Shown: positions 18,614-29,958 of the stretch, in pieces
Layout: each line of letters opens with the position of its first letter
Numbering within the stretch: the first letter of the stretch is position 1
Source: an uncultured Actinomycetes bacterium
GTDB taxonomy: Bacteria; Actinomycetota; UBA4738; HRBIN12
Direction: 5' to 3'
Length of the DNA: 64,000 nucleotides
Assembly (NCBI GenBank): GCA_963792215.1
Contig: CAWBVL010000007.1
Location: forward strand, 134,230 to 198,229
Notes under the pieces: model-generated
What the model was told of the DNA's origin: nothing
What the model saw: only the letters and a program-made list of their open reading frames with translations
Databases searched by the model: none
Position numbers and translations under genes: made by a program

Positions 18614-20080
18614 CTAGGAACCGAAGGCCAGTGCCGAGAGCTCGCCCAGCCGGTAGAGCACGTTCGGCACGATGAATATCGCCACGAGCAACACCATCGA
18701 GGCCGCGACCACGAAGCCAAGGAGTGCCGGCGTGGCCAGCCGCTGCTCGCCCTCGACCGGATCCTCGAAGATCATCTGGCGCGGGATCAAGAAGTAATAC
18801 CCGACGCTGATCACGGAGTTGATCACCATGATGCCGGCCAGCCACGGGCCGATGCCGCCGCGCTGGATCGCCGCGGCGAAGATCGCCAGCTTGCCCCAGA
18901 ACCCGCCCGTCGGCGGCACACCGGCGAGCGACACCATGAACGCGGTCATCGCCACGGCGAGCAACGGCGCGGTGCGGGCGAGCCCTGCGAAGTCTTCGAT
19001 CAACAACCCCGGGTGCCGCTCAGCCACCGCGGTCGACACCGCGTAGGCGCCGATGTTCATCAACGCGTAGATCAGGATGTAGACGACCGCAGCCTGGAAC
19101 GCCGTGTGATTGACCGAGGCGTTCGCCGAGACCAACGCGAACGGCAGCAGGATGTATCCCGACTGCGCGATGCCGGAGTACGCGAGCAGGCGGATCGTCT
19201 GGTTCTGGCGGAGCGCGACGAGATTGCCCAGCGTCATGGTCAGTACGGACAGCACCGCGAAGATCGGCGCCCAGAACGTGGCCTGCCCGACGAACGCGAC
19301 GAACATCAGCTGCAGCAGGCCGGCGAAGCCGGCCGCGGCCGACGCCACCGCGAGGAACCCCGCGACCGGCACAGGGGCGCCCTCATAGGTATCCGGCGCC
19401 CAGAACTGGAACGGCACCGCCGAGACCTTGAACGCGAACCCGATCACGACGAACACGATCGCGACGTCGGCGAGCGTTTCGCGCGCACCGGTCAAGCCGG
19501 TCAGCCCTTGCGCGATCGCATGCAGCTCGAGCCGCCCGGTGAGCCCGTAGATCAGACTCATCCCGTAGAGCATCACGGCGGTCGACAGCACCCCGATGAT
19601 GAAGAACTTCAGGCCGCCCTCGTTGCCCCGGATGTCGGACTTCCGGAACGCCGCCAGCAAGAACCCGGGCGCCGAGACCAACTCGAGCGACAGGAACAGC
19701 ATCAGCAGGTTGCGCGAGGCCGGCATCAACGTGCAGCCGAGGAACGCGGTGAGCAGCAGGAAGTAGTACTCGCCCTGATAGAAGCCGCCGTCGCGCAGAT
19801 ACCGGTACGAGATCAGCAGCACGACCATCGCCGCGATCAGGAAGAACCCCTGGAAGATCAGGGTGAACGCGTCGACGACGTAGGCGCCGCCGAACACGAT
19901 GCGATCGCCCCCGCCGACGAGCGAGATCACCGCGCCGAGCGCGGCGCCCACCCCGACGAAGCCAACCCACATCGAGGCAGCCTTCGCCCGGGCGGGCAGG
20001 AACAGGTCGACCACCAGCACCAGCAGGATCGTCGCGGCGACGATCTCGACCGGCAGCAGCGCGTGGTAGTCGATGTTCAC
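18614..20080 (-). CDS. nuoN: NADH-quinone oxidoreductase subunit N (second cluster)
   Basis: FKVSAVPFQFWAPDTYEGAP, RLLAYSGIAQ, SLAGVPP. Confidence 0.93.
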   Translation of the reverse strand: MNIDYHALLPVEIVAATILLVLVVDLFLPARAKAASMWVGFVGVGAALGAVISLVGGGDRIVFGGAYVVDAFTLIFQGFFLIAAMVVLLISYRYLRDGGFYQGEYYFLLLTAFLGCTLMPASRNLLMLFLSLELVSAPGFLLAAFRKSDIRGNEGGLKFFIIGVLSTAVMLYGMSLIYGLTGRLELHAIAQGLTGLTGARETLADVAIVFVVIGFAFKVSAVPFQFWAPDTYEGAPVPVAGFLAVASAAAGFAGLLQLMFVAFVGQATFWAPIFAVLSVLTMTLGNLVALRQNQTIRLLAYSGIAQSGYILLPFALVSANASVNHTAFQAAVVYILIYALMNIGAYAVSTAVAERHPGLLIEDFAGLARTAPLLAVAMTAFMVSLAGVPPTGGFWGKLAIFAAAIQRGGIGPWLAGIMVINSVISVGYYFLIPRQMIFEDPVEGEQRLATPALLGFVVAASMVLLVAIFIVPNVLYRLGELSALAFGS

Positions 20081-20087
20081 GTGCGTG

Positions 20088-21638
20088 TCATCCCGTGAAG
20101 AGGTGCGAGACTGCCTCGGCGCCGTGCAGCGTCGGGTTCAGGATGATGCTCGGCACCACCCCGAGGACGACGGTCAGTGCCAGCAGCGGCACCCACGAGA
20201 CCCACTCCACGCCGAGGATGTCCTTGAAGTGGTGTTCTCGCCACTTGATCGGCGCGTCGCCCTGGTTCACCCGCTGCAACATCCACAAGAAGTAGCCGGC
20301 GGTCAGGATCGTGCCGATCCCGCCGATCACCATGAACGTTCGATAGAGCCCGACGTTCAACACCGCGGCCGGCGTGAACGAGCTCAACAGCGCCATGAAC
20401 TCCCCGATGAATCCGGCGAGCCCCGGCAGGCCGAGCGAGGCGATCGCGACGAACGCGAAGATCCCGGCCATCTTCGGCATGAGCTCGCTCATGCCACCAC
20501 CGATCTCGGCGATCTCGCGCGTGTGGTACCGGTCGTAGATCGACCCGACGCAGAAGAACAGCATCCCGGTGATCACGCCGTGGGCGACCATCCCGAAGAT
20601 GGCGGCTTGGATGCCGATCGTGGTCAACGTCGCGATGCCGAGCATCACGAACCCCATGTGACCGACCGAGGAGAACGCGATCAGCCGTTTCAGGTCCTTC
20701 TGCGCGAGACACGCGAGCGCGGCGTAGACGATCGCGATCGCGGCGAGCGCCCCGATCCACGGCGCGTAGGAGACGGCGCCCTGGGGCAGCGCCGGCAGCG
20801 CGATCCGGATGAACCCGTAGGTCCCCATCTTCAGCATGATCCCGGCCAGCAGGACCGAGCCGATCGTCGGCGCCTCGGTGTGCGCGTCGGGCAGCCACGT
20901 GTGGAACGGCCACATCGGCACCTTCACCGCGAAGCCGAGTGCGATCGCGCCGAACACGACCAGCTGGAAGGTGTGGCTGAACCCGGTGGTGTTGGCGTAC
21001 GCGATGATCGTCTGGAGGTCGAACGTGTGCTGGCCGGTGGCCGGGTCGACCGCCGTGTAGTACAGCGCCAGGAACCCCAGCAACATGAACACCGACCCGA
21101 ACAGCGTGTACAGGAAGAACTTGATGCTCGCGTAGCGGCGGTTCGCCGAGCCCCAGATCCCGATCAAGAAGTACATCGGCACCAACACGAGCTCCCAGAA
21201 CACGAAGAACAGGATCAGGTCGAACGAGATGAAGGTGCCGGCCATGCCGGTGATCAGCAGCAACGTGAGCGCGACGAAGGCCTTGGTCCGGCCCGGCTGC
21301 GGCACGTACCGCGCGGTGTAGATCGCGCAGAGCAGCCCGAGCAGGTAGGTCAGGACGTAGAGCGGCAGCGAGATCCCGTCGATGCCCACGTGGTAGCGGA
21401 CGCCGATCACCGGGATCCAGGCGACGTTCTTCACGAACTGGAGCTGGGCGCTGTTCGTGTAGTCGAATCCGATCGCGATCGCGACCGCACATGCGAGGGC
21501 GAGCGCCGTGGTGACGACGCCGAGACCCCGGATCATCTTGTCCTTGCTCGAGGGCACCAGCATGACCACGATCGCGCCGGCGATCGGCAGGAACGTCGTG
21601 ATCGTGATGGCCCACTGTTGCCAGGTCGTCTCTGTCAT
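20088..21638 (-). CDS. nuoM: NADH-quinone oxidoreductase subunit M (second cluster)
   Basis: [34 protein letters not shown]. Confidence 0.94.
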   Translation of the reverse strand: MTETTWQQWAITITTFLPIAGAIVVMLVPSSKDKMIRGLGVVTTALALACAVAIAIGFDYTNSAQLQFVKNVAWIPVIGVRYHVGIDGISLPLYVLTYLLGLLCAIYTARYVPQPGRTKAFVALTLLLITGMAGTFISFDLILFFVFWELVLVPMYFLIGIWGSANRRYASIKFFLYTLFGSVFMLLGFLALYYTAVDPATGQHTFDLQTIIAYANTTGFSHTFQLVVFGAIALGFAVKVPMWPFHTWLPDAHTEAPTIGSVLLAGIMLKMGTYGFIRIALPALPQGAVSYAPWIGALAAIAIVYAALACLAQKDLKRLIAFSSVGHMGFVMLGIATLTTIGIQAAIFGMVAHGVITGMLFFCVGSIYDRYHTREIAEIGGGMSELMPKMAGIFAFVAIASLGLPGLAGFIGEFMALLSSFTPAAVLNVGLYRTFMVIGGIGTILTAGYFLWMLQRVNQGDAPIKWREHHFKDILGVEWVSWVPLLALTVVLGVVPSIILNPTLHGAEAVSHLFTG

Positions 21639-21653
21639 GTCGTTCCTCGTTCC

Positions 21654-23672
21654 TTACCTGAAGATGAACAGGCTCAGCGCGATCACGCCGGCGAACAGCC
21701 CGACCGCGTACCACTGCACCTTGCCGGACTGCACCAACCGCAGCCCCTTGCCGAACGTCTCCATCGCGGTGCCGGCGCCGTTCACCGCGCCGTCGATGAT
21801 GTTCCGGTCGACCCACATGATCACGCCGGAGCCGGCGCCCGCGACCACGGCGGCGCCGTTCACGACGCCGTCGAGCACGTTCTGGTTGAACCAGTAGATG
21901 CCCGCCGACCACGTGTCGCGGATCGGGCGGACGATGCCGCCGAAGTAGATGTCGTCGAGGTAGTACTTGTGCACCAGCAGGGTCGAGAACCCGCCCATGG
22001 TGAGCGTCGGGTCCTTCTCCCGGTACGTCCGGTACATCACCCAGCCGGCGTAGATCCCGATGGCGACGGCCACGACCGAGATGATCGCGACGAGCGGGCT
22101 GAAGACCGCCGCCTCGGGCGCCCCGAAGTACACCCAGTCCAGGAACGGCGCGCCGACCGGCGCGAAACCGAGGAGCCCGACGAAGCAGGTCGCGATCGCG
22201 AGCACCACAAGGGGCGCCGTCATCGAGCGCGGCGACTCGTGCAGGTGCTCGGTGCCGCGGTACTCCCCGTGGAACGTCTTGAGGAACATCCGGGTCGTGT
22301 AGAACGCGGTGATCACGGCGCCGATCAGCAGCGTCGCCATCAACCAATAGATGTGCTGGTCCTTGGCGGCCAGGATGATCTCGTCCTTCGAGAAGAACCC
22401 GGAGAACGGCGGCACGCCCGCCAACGCGAGGGACCCGATCAGGAACGTCCAATAGGTCAACTTCATGTGTTTCCGCAGGCCGCCCATGTCGCTCATGTTG
22501 TTGGAGTGCGCCGCGTGGATCACCGAGCCCGCGCCGAGGAACAGCAGGGCCTTGAAGAACGCGTGGGTGAACAGGTGGAACATCGCGGCCGGGTAGCCGG
22601 CCTCGCCCAGGCCGAGCGCCGCCACCATGTACGCGAGCTGGGAGATCGTCGAATAGGCCAGCACCTTCTTGATGTCGTCCTGCACGAGCGCGAGCAAGGC
22701 GGCGAGCATCAGCGTGATGCCTCCGATGATCGACACGATCGTCAGCGCGATCGGATCGGCGTGGATGAACACCTCGAACGTGCGCGCGACGAGGTAGATA
22801 CCGGCGGCGACCATCGTCGCCGCGTGGATCAGCGCCGACACCGGCGTCGGGCCGGCCATCGCGTCGGGCAGCCACGTGTACAGCGGGAACTGGGCGGACT
22901 TTCCGATCGTGCCGCCGAACATCAGGAGGGCGGCGCAGGTGATCAGCAGCACCGAAACGTGCCCGCCGGCGACCGTCTGGCTGATCACCTGGATGTTCGA
23001 GGTGGTCATCCCGGTCGCGTAGACCAGCGCGAAGATCCCGAACATGAACGGCACGTCGCCGACCCGGGTGGTCAGGAACGCCTTGATCGCCGCCGAGGAG
23101 TTCGCGTGGTCCTCGTACCAGTGCCCGATCAACAGGTACGAACAGATGCCCATGATCTCCCAGCCGACGAGCAGCTCGAACAGGTTCGACGCGAGGACGA
23201 CCACGAGCATCGCGCCCGTGAACATCGACAACACGAAGTAGAACCACGTGTAGCGCTTGTCGCCGTGCATGTAGCCCAGCGAGTAGATGTGCACCATCAA
23301 CGAGATCGAGGTGACGACCAGCAGCATCACGCCGGTCAGTCCGTCGATGAAGAACCCGAGCTGGATCTGGAGCGTCCCGATCGTGAACCAGGTGATGTCG
23401 TGCTCGTACGGCACGCCGTTGTGCGCGACCCCCCAGAGCACGCCGAGGGCCATGATCAACCCGGCGCCCAACGCGAGGATGCCGTAGACGGGCCCCTTGC
23501 CCGGCGTGCGCTTGCCGAAGAACAGCGTGAGCACGGCCGAGGCGAAGCAGAACAGCGGGATCAGGAACGCGTGCTGGACGAACCAGTTGGGCGCCGTCTG
23601 CGCGATCGCGGCGGCCGGCTCGCTCCCCTCCTGGGCGAGGATGTGCCCAAGGATCTGGACGAGGCCTACCAC
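21654..23672 (-). CDS. nuoL: NADH-quinone oxidoreductase subunit L (second cluster)
   Basis: [42 protein letters not shown]. Confidence 0.94.
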   Translation of the reverse strand: MVGLVQILGHILAQEGSEPAAAIAQTAPNWFVQHAFLIPLFCFASAVLTLFFGKRTPGKGPVYGILALGAGLIMALGVLWGVAHNGVPYEHDITWFTIGTLQIQLGFFIDGLTGVMLLVVTSISLMVHIYSLGYMHGDKRYTWFYFVLSMFTGAMLVVVLASNLFELLVGWEIMGICSYLLIGHWYEDHANSSAAIKAFLTTRVGDVPFMFGIFALVYATGMTTSNIQVISQTVAGGHVSVLLITCAALLMFGGTIGKSAQFPLYTWLPDAMAGPTPVSALIHAATMVAAGIYLVARTFEVFIHADPIALTIVSIIGGITLMLAALLALVQDDIKKVLAYSTISQLAYMVAALGLGEAGYPAAMFHLFTHAFFKALLFLGAGSVIHAAHSNNMSDMGGLRKHMKLTYWTFLIGSLALAGVPPFSGFFSKDEIILAAKDQHIYWLMATLLIGAVITAFYTTRMFLKTFHGEYRGTEHLHESPRSMTAPLVVLAIATCFVGLLGFAPVGAPFLDWVYFGAPEAAVFSPLVAIISVVAVAIGIYAGWVMYRTYREKDPTLTMGGFSTLLVHKYYLDDIYFGGIVRPIRDTWSAGIYWFNQNVLDGVVNGAAVVAGAGSGVIMWVDRNIIDGAVNGAGTAMETFGKGLRLVQSGKVQWYAVGLFAGVIALSLFIFR

Positions 23673-23968
23673 TTGAGCAGGTCCACTTCGTCGACGTTGA
23701 TGGACGCGCGGTTGCGGAACAGCAAGATGACGATCGCGAGGCCGATCCCGACCTCGGCGGCCGCAACGGCGATCACGAACAGCGCGAAGATCTGCCCGGA
23801 GACGTCCTTCAAGGAGGCCGAGAACCCGATCAGGTTGAGGTTGACCGCGTTCAGCATGAGCTCGATGGCCATCAGGACCATCACGGCGTTGCGACGAGCC
23901 AGCACGCCGTAGACCCCGCAGGAGAACAGCAGGGCGGCGAACACGAGGACCAGCGGCAGCCGGATCAC
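23666..23968 (-). CDS. nuoK: NADH-quinone oxidoreductase subunit K (second cluster)
   Basis: [31 protein letters not shown]; GTGA overlap with nuoJ. Confidence 0.92.
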   Translation of the reverse strand: MIRLPLVLVFAALLFSCGVYGVLARRNAVMVLMAIELMLNAVNLNLIGFSASLKDVSGQIFALFVIAVAAAEVGIGLAIVILLFRNRASINVDEVDLLKW

Positions 23969-24480
23969 ACGTCGCTCCCGTCGTCCTTGCGGGCCAGCAC
24001 GATCGCGCCGATCAGGGCCGCGAGCAGCAGGAACGAGACCACTTCGAAGGGCAGCACGTAGTCGTGGAACAGGGACATCCCGATCGCGCCGGTGCTCCCG
24101 TCTACCGGCGCCGAGGCGGGCGTCGTCCCCACCGGCCACACGCGCAGGGTCAGCGACGCGAGGCCGAGGAACATCAGGAGCGCGACCACGCCGCCGACGA
24201 TCCGGTTCTGCACCTGGTGATCGAGCGTGTCACGCCCGATCGGCGCCTTGGTCAGCATCAGCCCGAACAGGAACAGGATCACGATCGCGCCGACGTAGAT
24301 CAGGATCTGGGTCCAGCCGACGAACTCCGCGCCGACCAGCAGGAACGTCACGCCGACCGACGCGAGCGCGACCACGAGGTACAGCGCGGCGTGCACGACG
24401 TTGCGGGCGGTAACCACGGCGATCGCCGCCAGCGAGCCGACGACGGCAACCACCAGGAAGGCGTACTCCTGTGCGGTCAC
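23965..24480 (-). CDS. nuoJ: NADH-quinone oxidoreductase subunit J (second cluster)
   Basis: [35 protein letters not shown]. Confidence 0.92.
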   Translation of the reverse strand: MTAQEYAFLVVAVVGSLAAIAVVTARNVVHAALYLVVALASVGVTFLLVGAEFVGWTQILIYVGAIVILFLFGLMLTKAPIGRDTLDHQVQNRIVGGVVALLMFLGLASLTLRVWPVGTTPASAPVDGSTGAIGMSLFHDYVLPFEVVSFLLLAALIGAIVLARKDDGSDV

Positions 24481-25007
24481 GAGACGGTCTCCTCCGGAGG
24501 CTCGGCGCCTTCCTCCAGGGCTGGGGGCGGCAAGACGGTATACGTCCATTCCTCCAGCCGCTCCCGCTCGTGCACCATGTTGTTGATGTCGTACTCGGCG
24601 TACTCGAACTCGGGGCTCCAGAACAGCGCGTCGAAGGGGCAGACCTCGACGCAGATGCCGCAATACATGCACAGCGCGAAGTCGATCGCGAACCGGTCGA
24701 GGATCTTCGCGCTCCGCGCGCGGCCGCCGCCTGCGGGCTCGTGCGTCTCCTTGTGCGCGTCGATGTAGATGCACCAGTCCGGGCACTCGCGCGAGCACTT
24801 GTAGCAGACGGTGCAGTTCGCCTCTTTGAGCGCGATCACGCCGCGGGTGCGTGCCGGCAGGTCGGGCTTCACGTGCGGGTACTGCACCGTGACCGACCGC
24901 TTCAGCATCGTGCGAAGCGTCACCGACAGCCCCTGGAGCAGGCCGAGGCCGATCCCCTGTTCCTTCTGCTTGTTCTCTTGGGCCCCCTGCGTCTCCGTCG
25001 TCGCCAT
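24477..25007 (-). CDS. nuoI: NADH-quinone oxidoreductase subunit I (second cluster)
   Basis: TVQYP; [12 protein letters not shown] and [12 protein letters not shown]. Confidence 0.92.
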   Translation of the reverse strand: MATTETQGAQENKQKEQGIGLGLLQGLSVTLRTMLKRSVTVQYPHVKPDLPARTRGVIALKEANCTVCYKCSRECPDWCIYIDAHKETHEPAGGGRARSAKILDRFAIDFALCMYCGICVEVCPFDALFWSPEFEYAEYDINNMVHERERLEEWTYTVLPPPALEEGAEPPEETVS

Positions 25008-25009
25008 CG

Positions 25010-26020
25010 CTAGCCGGTCGCCACCTTCACGAACGCCACGCCGAGGATCCAGAGCAGGGTGATCGGCACGAGCTTGATCCACGCGAACCGCTGCAACTGG
25101 TCTTCACGCAACCGTGGGAACGTCGCCCGCAGCCACACGATCACGAACGACAGCGCGAAGATCTTGCCGAACATCCAGATCGGGCCGGGGATGGCCGACA
25201 GCCCCGGCAGGGGCAGGAACCCGCCAAGGAACAGCACCGAGGCCACGGCGGACATGACGACGATGCCGCCGTACTCCGACAGCAGGAAGAACGCGAACTT
25301 CAGCCCGGTGTACTCGGTGTAGGCGCCGAAGATGATCTCCGAGTCGGCGACCGGCATGTCGAACGGCGGCCGCGTGAGCTCGGCGACCGCCGCGATCATG
25401 AACACCAGGAACAGCGGGAACAGCGGGAACACGTACCAGATGTTCTGCTGGGCCTCGACGATGCCGACCAGGGACAGCGTGCCGGCGAGCATCACGGCGG
25501 CGGCCGCGGCGAGCACCAGCGGGAGTTCGTAGGCGATCAGCTGTGCGGCGGCGCGCAGGGCTCCCATCAGCGAGAACTTGTTCGCGGAGGACCAGCCGGC
25601 CATCAGCACGCCGAGCACGCCGATCGAGGACATCGCGAGCACGAAGAAGATCCCGATGTCCAGATTGAGCGCGAAGATGTCGCCCCCGAACGGGATCACG
25701 ACCAACACCACTAAGTACGGGACCAGCGCGACGCCCGGCGCGATCGAGAAGACCGTTCGGTCGGCCGCGGCGGGGATCACGTCTTCCTTCTGGATGAATT
25801 TGGCGCCGTCGGCCATCAGCTGGGCCCACCCATGGAACACTCCCGCCTCCATCGGCCCAAGCCGGGCCTGCATGTGGGCGAGCACCTTGTGCTCCATGTA
25901 GCCGACCGCGAGCGGCACGACCAGAAAGATGATCAGCACGACGAGCGCCTTGATCACCAGCGCCAGCCAGTAGTTGGAAACGTTCGAGTCGACGACGGAC
26001 GTCTGGGCGAGAAGGATCAC
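25010..26020 (-). CDS. nuoH: NADH-quinone oxidoreductase subunit H (second cluster)
   Basis: [29 protein letters not shown]. Confidence 0.93.
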   Translation of the reverse strand: MILLAQTSVVDSNVSNYWLALVIKALVVLIIFLVVPLAVGYMEHKVLAHMQARLGPMEAGVFHGWAQLMADGAKFIQKEDVIPAAADRTVFSIAPGVALVPYLVVLVVIPFGGDIFALNLDIGIFFVLAMSSIGVLGVLMAGWSSANKFSLMGALRAAAQLIAYELPLVLAAAAAVMLAGTLSLVGIVEAQQNIWYVFPLFPLFLVFMIAAVAELTRPPFDMPVADSEIIFGAYTEYTGLKFAFFLLSEYGGIVVMSAVASVLFLGGFLPLPGLSAIPGPIWMFGKIFALSFVIVWLRATFPRLREDQLQRFAWIKLVPITLLWILGVAFVKVATG

Positions 26021-26538
26021 TCGTCCTCGTCCTCCTCGCCCTCGACCGCGCCCGGCCAGGGCTTGGCCTCGCGGCTCATCAGGGCGAAGTCCTTGCGGAG
26101 CGGGTGGCCTTCGAACGGCTCGGACAGCAACAGCTTCACCGGCCGCGGGTGGCCCTCGACCGCGATGCCGAACATCTCCATCAGCTCGCGCTCATGCCAG
26201 TCCGACGTCGGGTACAGGTCGCTGATCGTCGGCACCGACGGCTCGTCGTGCGGCAGTCGCACCTTGAGGCGCACGCTGTGCTTGTTGGTCGTCGAGAAGA
26301 GTTGCGTCACGACCTCGAACCCGCCGTCCTCACCGTCGCCGAGGTCGACGCCGCCGGTGAAGTCGCAGAAGTCGCAGCCGAACTCGGGCTCGTCACGACA
26401 GAAGCGCACCGCGTCGTGATAGCGATCGACCGCAACGACGGCGACGGCCTGTCCGAACGCGTCGGCGACCTCGACGTCATCGCCGAAGCGTGCCCGGAGC
26501 CGCGATCCCAGATCGTCAGGAGACAGCCGACGTCCCAC
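26017..26538 (-). CDS. nuoC: NADH-quinone oxidoreductase subunit C (second cluster)
   Basis: [20 protein letters not shown]; start codon uncertain. Confidence 0.88.
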   Translation of the reverse strand: MGRRLSPDDLGSRLRARFGDDVEVADAFGQAVAVVAVDRYHDAVRFCRDEPEFGCDFCDFTGGVDLGDGEDGGFEVVTQLFSTTNKHSVRLKVRLPHDEPSVPTISDLYPTSDWHERELMEMFGIAVEGHPRPVKLLLSEPFEGHPLRKDFALMSREAKPWPGAVEGEEDEDE

Positions 26539-27022
26539 TCCGGAACTTCTCCTGGATGTCTTCGTTCTTGATCTTCTCTTGGAGCTGCACGATGCCGTGC
26601 AGCAGCGCTTCCGGCCGCGGCGGGCAGCCCGGCACGAACACGTCGACGGGGATGATCTGGTCGACGCCCTTCGTGACCGCGTAGCTGTCCCAATAGGGCC
26701 CGCCACAGTTGGAACACGAACCGAACGAGATCACGTACTTGGGCTCGGGCATCTGCTCGTACAGGCGATTGATCACCGGCGCCATCTTGTCGGTGAGGGT
26801 GCCGGCCACGAGCAGCAGGTCGGCCTGGCGCGGCCCGTGCGCGAAGGGGATCACGCCCAGGCGGATGAAGTCGTTCTTGGCGGCCGAGGCCGAGATGAAC
26901 TCGATCGAGCAGCACGCCAGCCCGAAGTTGAAGACCCACAGGCTGTACCGGCGGCCCCAGTTGAGGATGAACTTGACCGGCTTGACCTTGGGCAGGGGCG
27001 TCTTCTCGGTGATCACACCCAC
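26516..27022 (-). CDS. nuoB: NADH-quinone oxidoreductase subunit B (second cluster)
   Basis: [24 protein letters not shown]. Confidence 0.93.
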   Translation of the reverse strand: MGVITEKTPLPKVKPVKFILNWGRRYSLWVFNFGLACCSIEFISASAAKNDFIRLGVIPFAHGPRQADLLLVAGTLTDKMAPVINRLYEQMPEPKYVISFGSCSNCGGPYWDSYAVTKGVDQIIPVDVFVPGCPPRPEALLHGIVQLQEKIKNEDIQEKFRSGTSAVS

Positions 27023-27375
27023 CGCAGGACCCCCTTGCGCCAGGCGTACAGGAGGCCGACCGACAAGATCGCGATGAAGATGGTCATCTCCACGACGGCG
27101 GTGTACCCGAGCGACTGGAACACCTTCGCCCACGGGAAGAGGAACACCGACTCCACGTCGAAGATCACGAACAGGAAGCCGTAGACGTAGTAGCGGATCT
27201 GGCTCTGGGACCAGCCATCACCGACGGGGTCGATGCCGCATTCGTACGTCATCAGCTTCTCGGGCTTGGGGCGACTGGGGGCGATCAGCCGGGCGACGGT
27301 GAAGGCGACGATGACGAGCAGCGCTCCGGCGAGCACCACCGCGAATACCACCCCATAGGAACCGAAATAGGTCAC
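27013..27375 (-). CDS. nuoA: NADH-quinone oxidoreductase subunit A (second cluster)
   Basis: [29 protein letters not shown]. Confidence 0.93.
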   Translation of the reverse strand: MTYFGSYGVVFAVVLAGALLVIVAFTVARLIAPSRPKPEKLMTYECGIDPVGDGWSQSQIRYYVYGFLFVIFDVESVFLFPWAKVFQSLGYTAVVEMTIFIAILSVGLLYAWRKGVLRWV

Positions 27376-28424
27376 GACTCCGCACCTTCCCCAGCGCGGC
27401 CGTATCCTAACAGCGCCTTTGGATCGACCTCTGCGCCGCAGCGCACAGCTAGGAACCGCGCCAGCTGCACCAACGCCTGTTGCGCGTGCCCATCCGGCAG
27501 GCGGCGGGCCAGCTCGATAGCCCTCGTGACCTCTTGTGAGACCCCCGCGCGCGCGTGGTCGACCGACCCGCTCGAGCGGACGATCTCGAGGGCTCGGTCC
27601 AGCAGCTCGCCGTCGGGCGGTCCCGCCGACAGGATGTGCCGGAGCTCATCGCGGTCGGGTCCAGTGGTCAGCGCGTGGAGCATGGGGATCGTGTACACGC
27701 CCTCGCGGATGTCCGTGCCCGGCTCCTTGCCGAGCTCCAGCTGGGTCGACGTGATGTCCATGATGTCGTCCGAGAGCTGGAAGGCGAGGCCGAGCGACTC
27801 GGCGAACGCGCCGAGCGTCTCCAGGTCCTCGGGCGAGCAGTCCGAGAGCATCGCGCCCATCCGGCACGAGGACGCGATCAACACACCCGTCTTGCGCTTG
27901 ATCACCTCGAGATGATCCTGCTCGGTCTTGTCCACGTCGCCCGCGCTCGCGACGTCGCGGATCTGCCCGTCGCAGAGGATCGCGATCGTCTGGGCGAGCA
28001 GCCGGCAGACGTCTGGCCCGAGGTCGGCGGCGAGCTCGGAGGAGCGAGCGAACAGGAAGTCGCCGGTGAGGATCGCGATCGTGTTGTCCCAGCGGGCGTT
28101 GACCGACGGCACGCCGTGGCGCGAGGCGGCCTCGTCCATCACGTCGTCGTGGTACAGGGTCGCGACGTGCGTGAGCTCGATCGCCGCGGCGCCTTGGATC
28201 AGCCGGGGGTCGGTCGGGTCGCCGAAGTAGCCGGACAGCAGCACGAGCATCGGACGGAAGCGCTTGCCGCCGGCGGCGAGCAGGTACCCAGCGGTCGTGC
28301 CGAGCACGTCGGAGTCCGCTTCGACCGCCTTGGCCAAGACGTCCTCGACGCCGTCCAGACGCGGCCGGATCTCGGCTTCGAGCCGCTCATCCAGCGCGTC
28401 CAGCCCTGGGATCACCCGTCGCAT
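27372..28424 (-). CDS. Long-chain polyprenyl diphosphate synthase (HepT/GrcC-like, menaquinone side chain)
   Basis: GGKRFRP, LYHDDVMD (FARM), FQLSDDIMD (SARM), GKEPGTDIREG. Confidence 0.9.
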   Translation of the reverse strand: MRRVIPGLDALDERLEAEIRPRLDGVEDVLAKAVEADSDVLGTTAGYLLAAGGKRFRPMLVLLSGYFGDPTDPRLIQGAAAIELTHVATLYHDDVMDEAASRHGVPSVNARWDNTIAILTGDFLFARSSELAADLGPDVCRLLAQTIAILCDGQIRDVASAGDVDKTEQDHLEVIKRKTGVLIASSCRMGAMLSDCSPEDLETLGAFAESLGLAFQLSDDIMDITSTQLELGKEPGTDIREGVYTIPMLHALTTGPDRDELRHILSAGPPDGELLDRALEIVRSSGSVDHARAGVSQEVTRAIELARRLPDGHAQQALVQLARFLAVRCGAEVDPKALLGYGRAGEGAES

Positions 28425-28428
28425 CTGC

Positions 28429-29958
28429 TCACCACTTCAGGATCGAGGCCGACTCGATCGCGCTCGACAGCAACCTCGGGAACACGCCCAGCACCAGGAC
28501 CGCGACCGCGAGGACCAACCCGGCGACCTGCGGCATGAGCGACCGGTCGTCGTCGACCGCGACGTGCGGGTCGCGGAAGTAGATCCGCAGCACGACACGC
28601 AGGTACGCGTAGGCCGCGATCACGCTCGCCAGCACGCAGACGATGACGAGCGGCCAGTTCCCCGCCTGGATCGCCGACCCGAACACCGTCAGCTTCGCGA
28701 TGAAGCCAACGGTGGGCGGGATCCCCGCGAGCGACAACAGGAAGATCGTCAGCAACGCCGCGAGGCCCGGGCTCCGTTGCGCGAGCCCGTCGTAGTTGTC
28801 GTACGACGACGGCTCGTCGGTCTTCACGCCGACCAGCATCACGATGCCGAAGGCGCCCACCGTCATCACCGAGTAGGCGACCAGATAGAACATCGCGGAC
28901 CGGATCCCGATCATGTTCGGCGAGGTCAGGCCGGCCAGGATGAACCCGGCGTGCGCGACCGCCGAGTACCCCAACATCCGCTTCACGTCGCGCTGCGCCG
29001 CGGCGAGCACCGAGCCGAGCACGACCGACACGATCGCGAGCGCGTAGACCACCGGGGTCCAGGTCGTGGTGAGCGGCTGGAGCGCGACATCGAGCACCCG
29101 CATCAGCGCGAAGAACGCGGCGACCTTCGTCCCGGCGCTCATGAACGCGACCACCGGCGTCGGCGCGCCCTGATACACGTCGGGCGTCCACATGTGGAAC
29201 GGCGCGGCGGCGATCTTGAAGCCGAACCCGATCACCAGCAGGCCGAGCGCGAGGAGCGCGAGCGCCTGCGAGCCGGTCTGTCCTGCCAGCGCGCCGACGA
29301 TCGCCGGAATCTTCGTGGTGGCGGTCGCGCCGTAGGCCATCGCCACCCCATAGAGGAAGAACGCCGACGAGAACGCGCCGAGCAGGAAGTACTTCATCGC
29401 GGCCTCGTTGCTGCGGCTGCCGCCCAGCCCGGTGAGCACGTAGAGCGACAGCGACAGGATCTCCAGCGCGATGAACACGACGATCAGGTCGTTCGCGGCG
29501 GCGATCAGCACCATCCCCGCCGTCGCGAACAGCACGAGCGGATAGAACTCGCCGCGGAACGCGAGTCGGCCACTTGCCGCCTCGTGCGTGTACGCGATCG
29601 CCCCGAAGGCCGCCGCGATCACGAGGATCACCGTGGCCAGCACCGCGAACCGGTCCGCGGCGATCGAGTCGCCGAGCACAGTGGGATCGCCGGTCCAGTT
29701 CCAGAGCTTGAGCGCCGCGATCCCGGCGCCGGCCAGACCGGCGAGCGCCAGCGCCAAGTGCACCTGGCGCAGGCTGCGACGTGCGAACGCCTCGTAGAGC
29801 ATCCCGACGATCGCGAGCCCGCAGAGGATGAGCTCGGGGATCACCGGGTTGAACACGAGCACCGGCGTCGGGATCGGCGCGTCCGGGCCGGTCGGCGGCA
29901 CCGCGAAGGGCGACGGCGAGGGCACCGCCTGGGCGAGGAGGTGCACGGCGTCGATCAT
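28429..29958 (-). CDS. nuoN: NADH-quinone oxidoreductase subunit N (complete cluster)
   Basis: [25 protein letters not shown]. Confidence 0.93.
   Translation of the reverse strand: MIDAVHLLAQAVPSPSPFAVPPTGPDAPIPTPVLVFNPVIPELILCGLAIVGMLYEAFARRSLRQVHLALALAGLAGAGIAALKLWNWTGDPTVLGDSIAADRFAVLATVILVIAAAFGAIAYTHEAASGRLAFRGEFYPLVLFATAGMVLIAAANDLIVVFIALEILSLSLYVLTGLGGSRSNEAAMKYFLLGAFSSAFFLYGVAMAYGATATTKIPAIVGALAGQTGSQALALLALGLLVIGFGFKIAAAPFHMWTPDVYQGAPTPVVAFMSAGTKVAAFFALMRVLDVALQPLTTTWTPVVYALAIVSVVLGSVLAAAQRDVKRMLGYSAVAHAGFILAGLTSPNMIGIRSAMFYLVAYSVMTVGAFGIVMLVGVKTDEPSSYDNYDGLAQRSPGLAALLTIFLLSLAGIPPTVGFIAKLTVFGSAIQAGNWPLVIVCVLASVIAAYAYLRVVLRIYFRDPHVAVDDDRSLMPQVAGLVLAVAVLVLGVFPRLLSSAIESASILKW

Noticed and set aside
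20073-23912. Very long alternative ORFs (1279 aa on +, 1229 aa on -) and many similar ones across the window
   Set aside because: Antisense or off-frame shadows of nuo and other genes; Arg/Ala/Gly-rich with no motifs, as expected at high GC
18614-23968. Second cluster as an Mrp antiporter or membrane hydrogenase
   Set aside because: nuoA, B, C, H, I and J are present in canonical order, and there is no NiFe large subunit or MrpE/F/G
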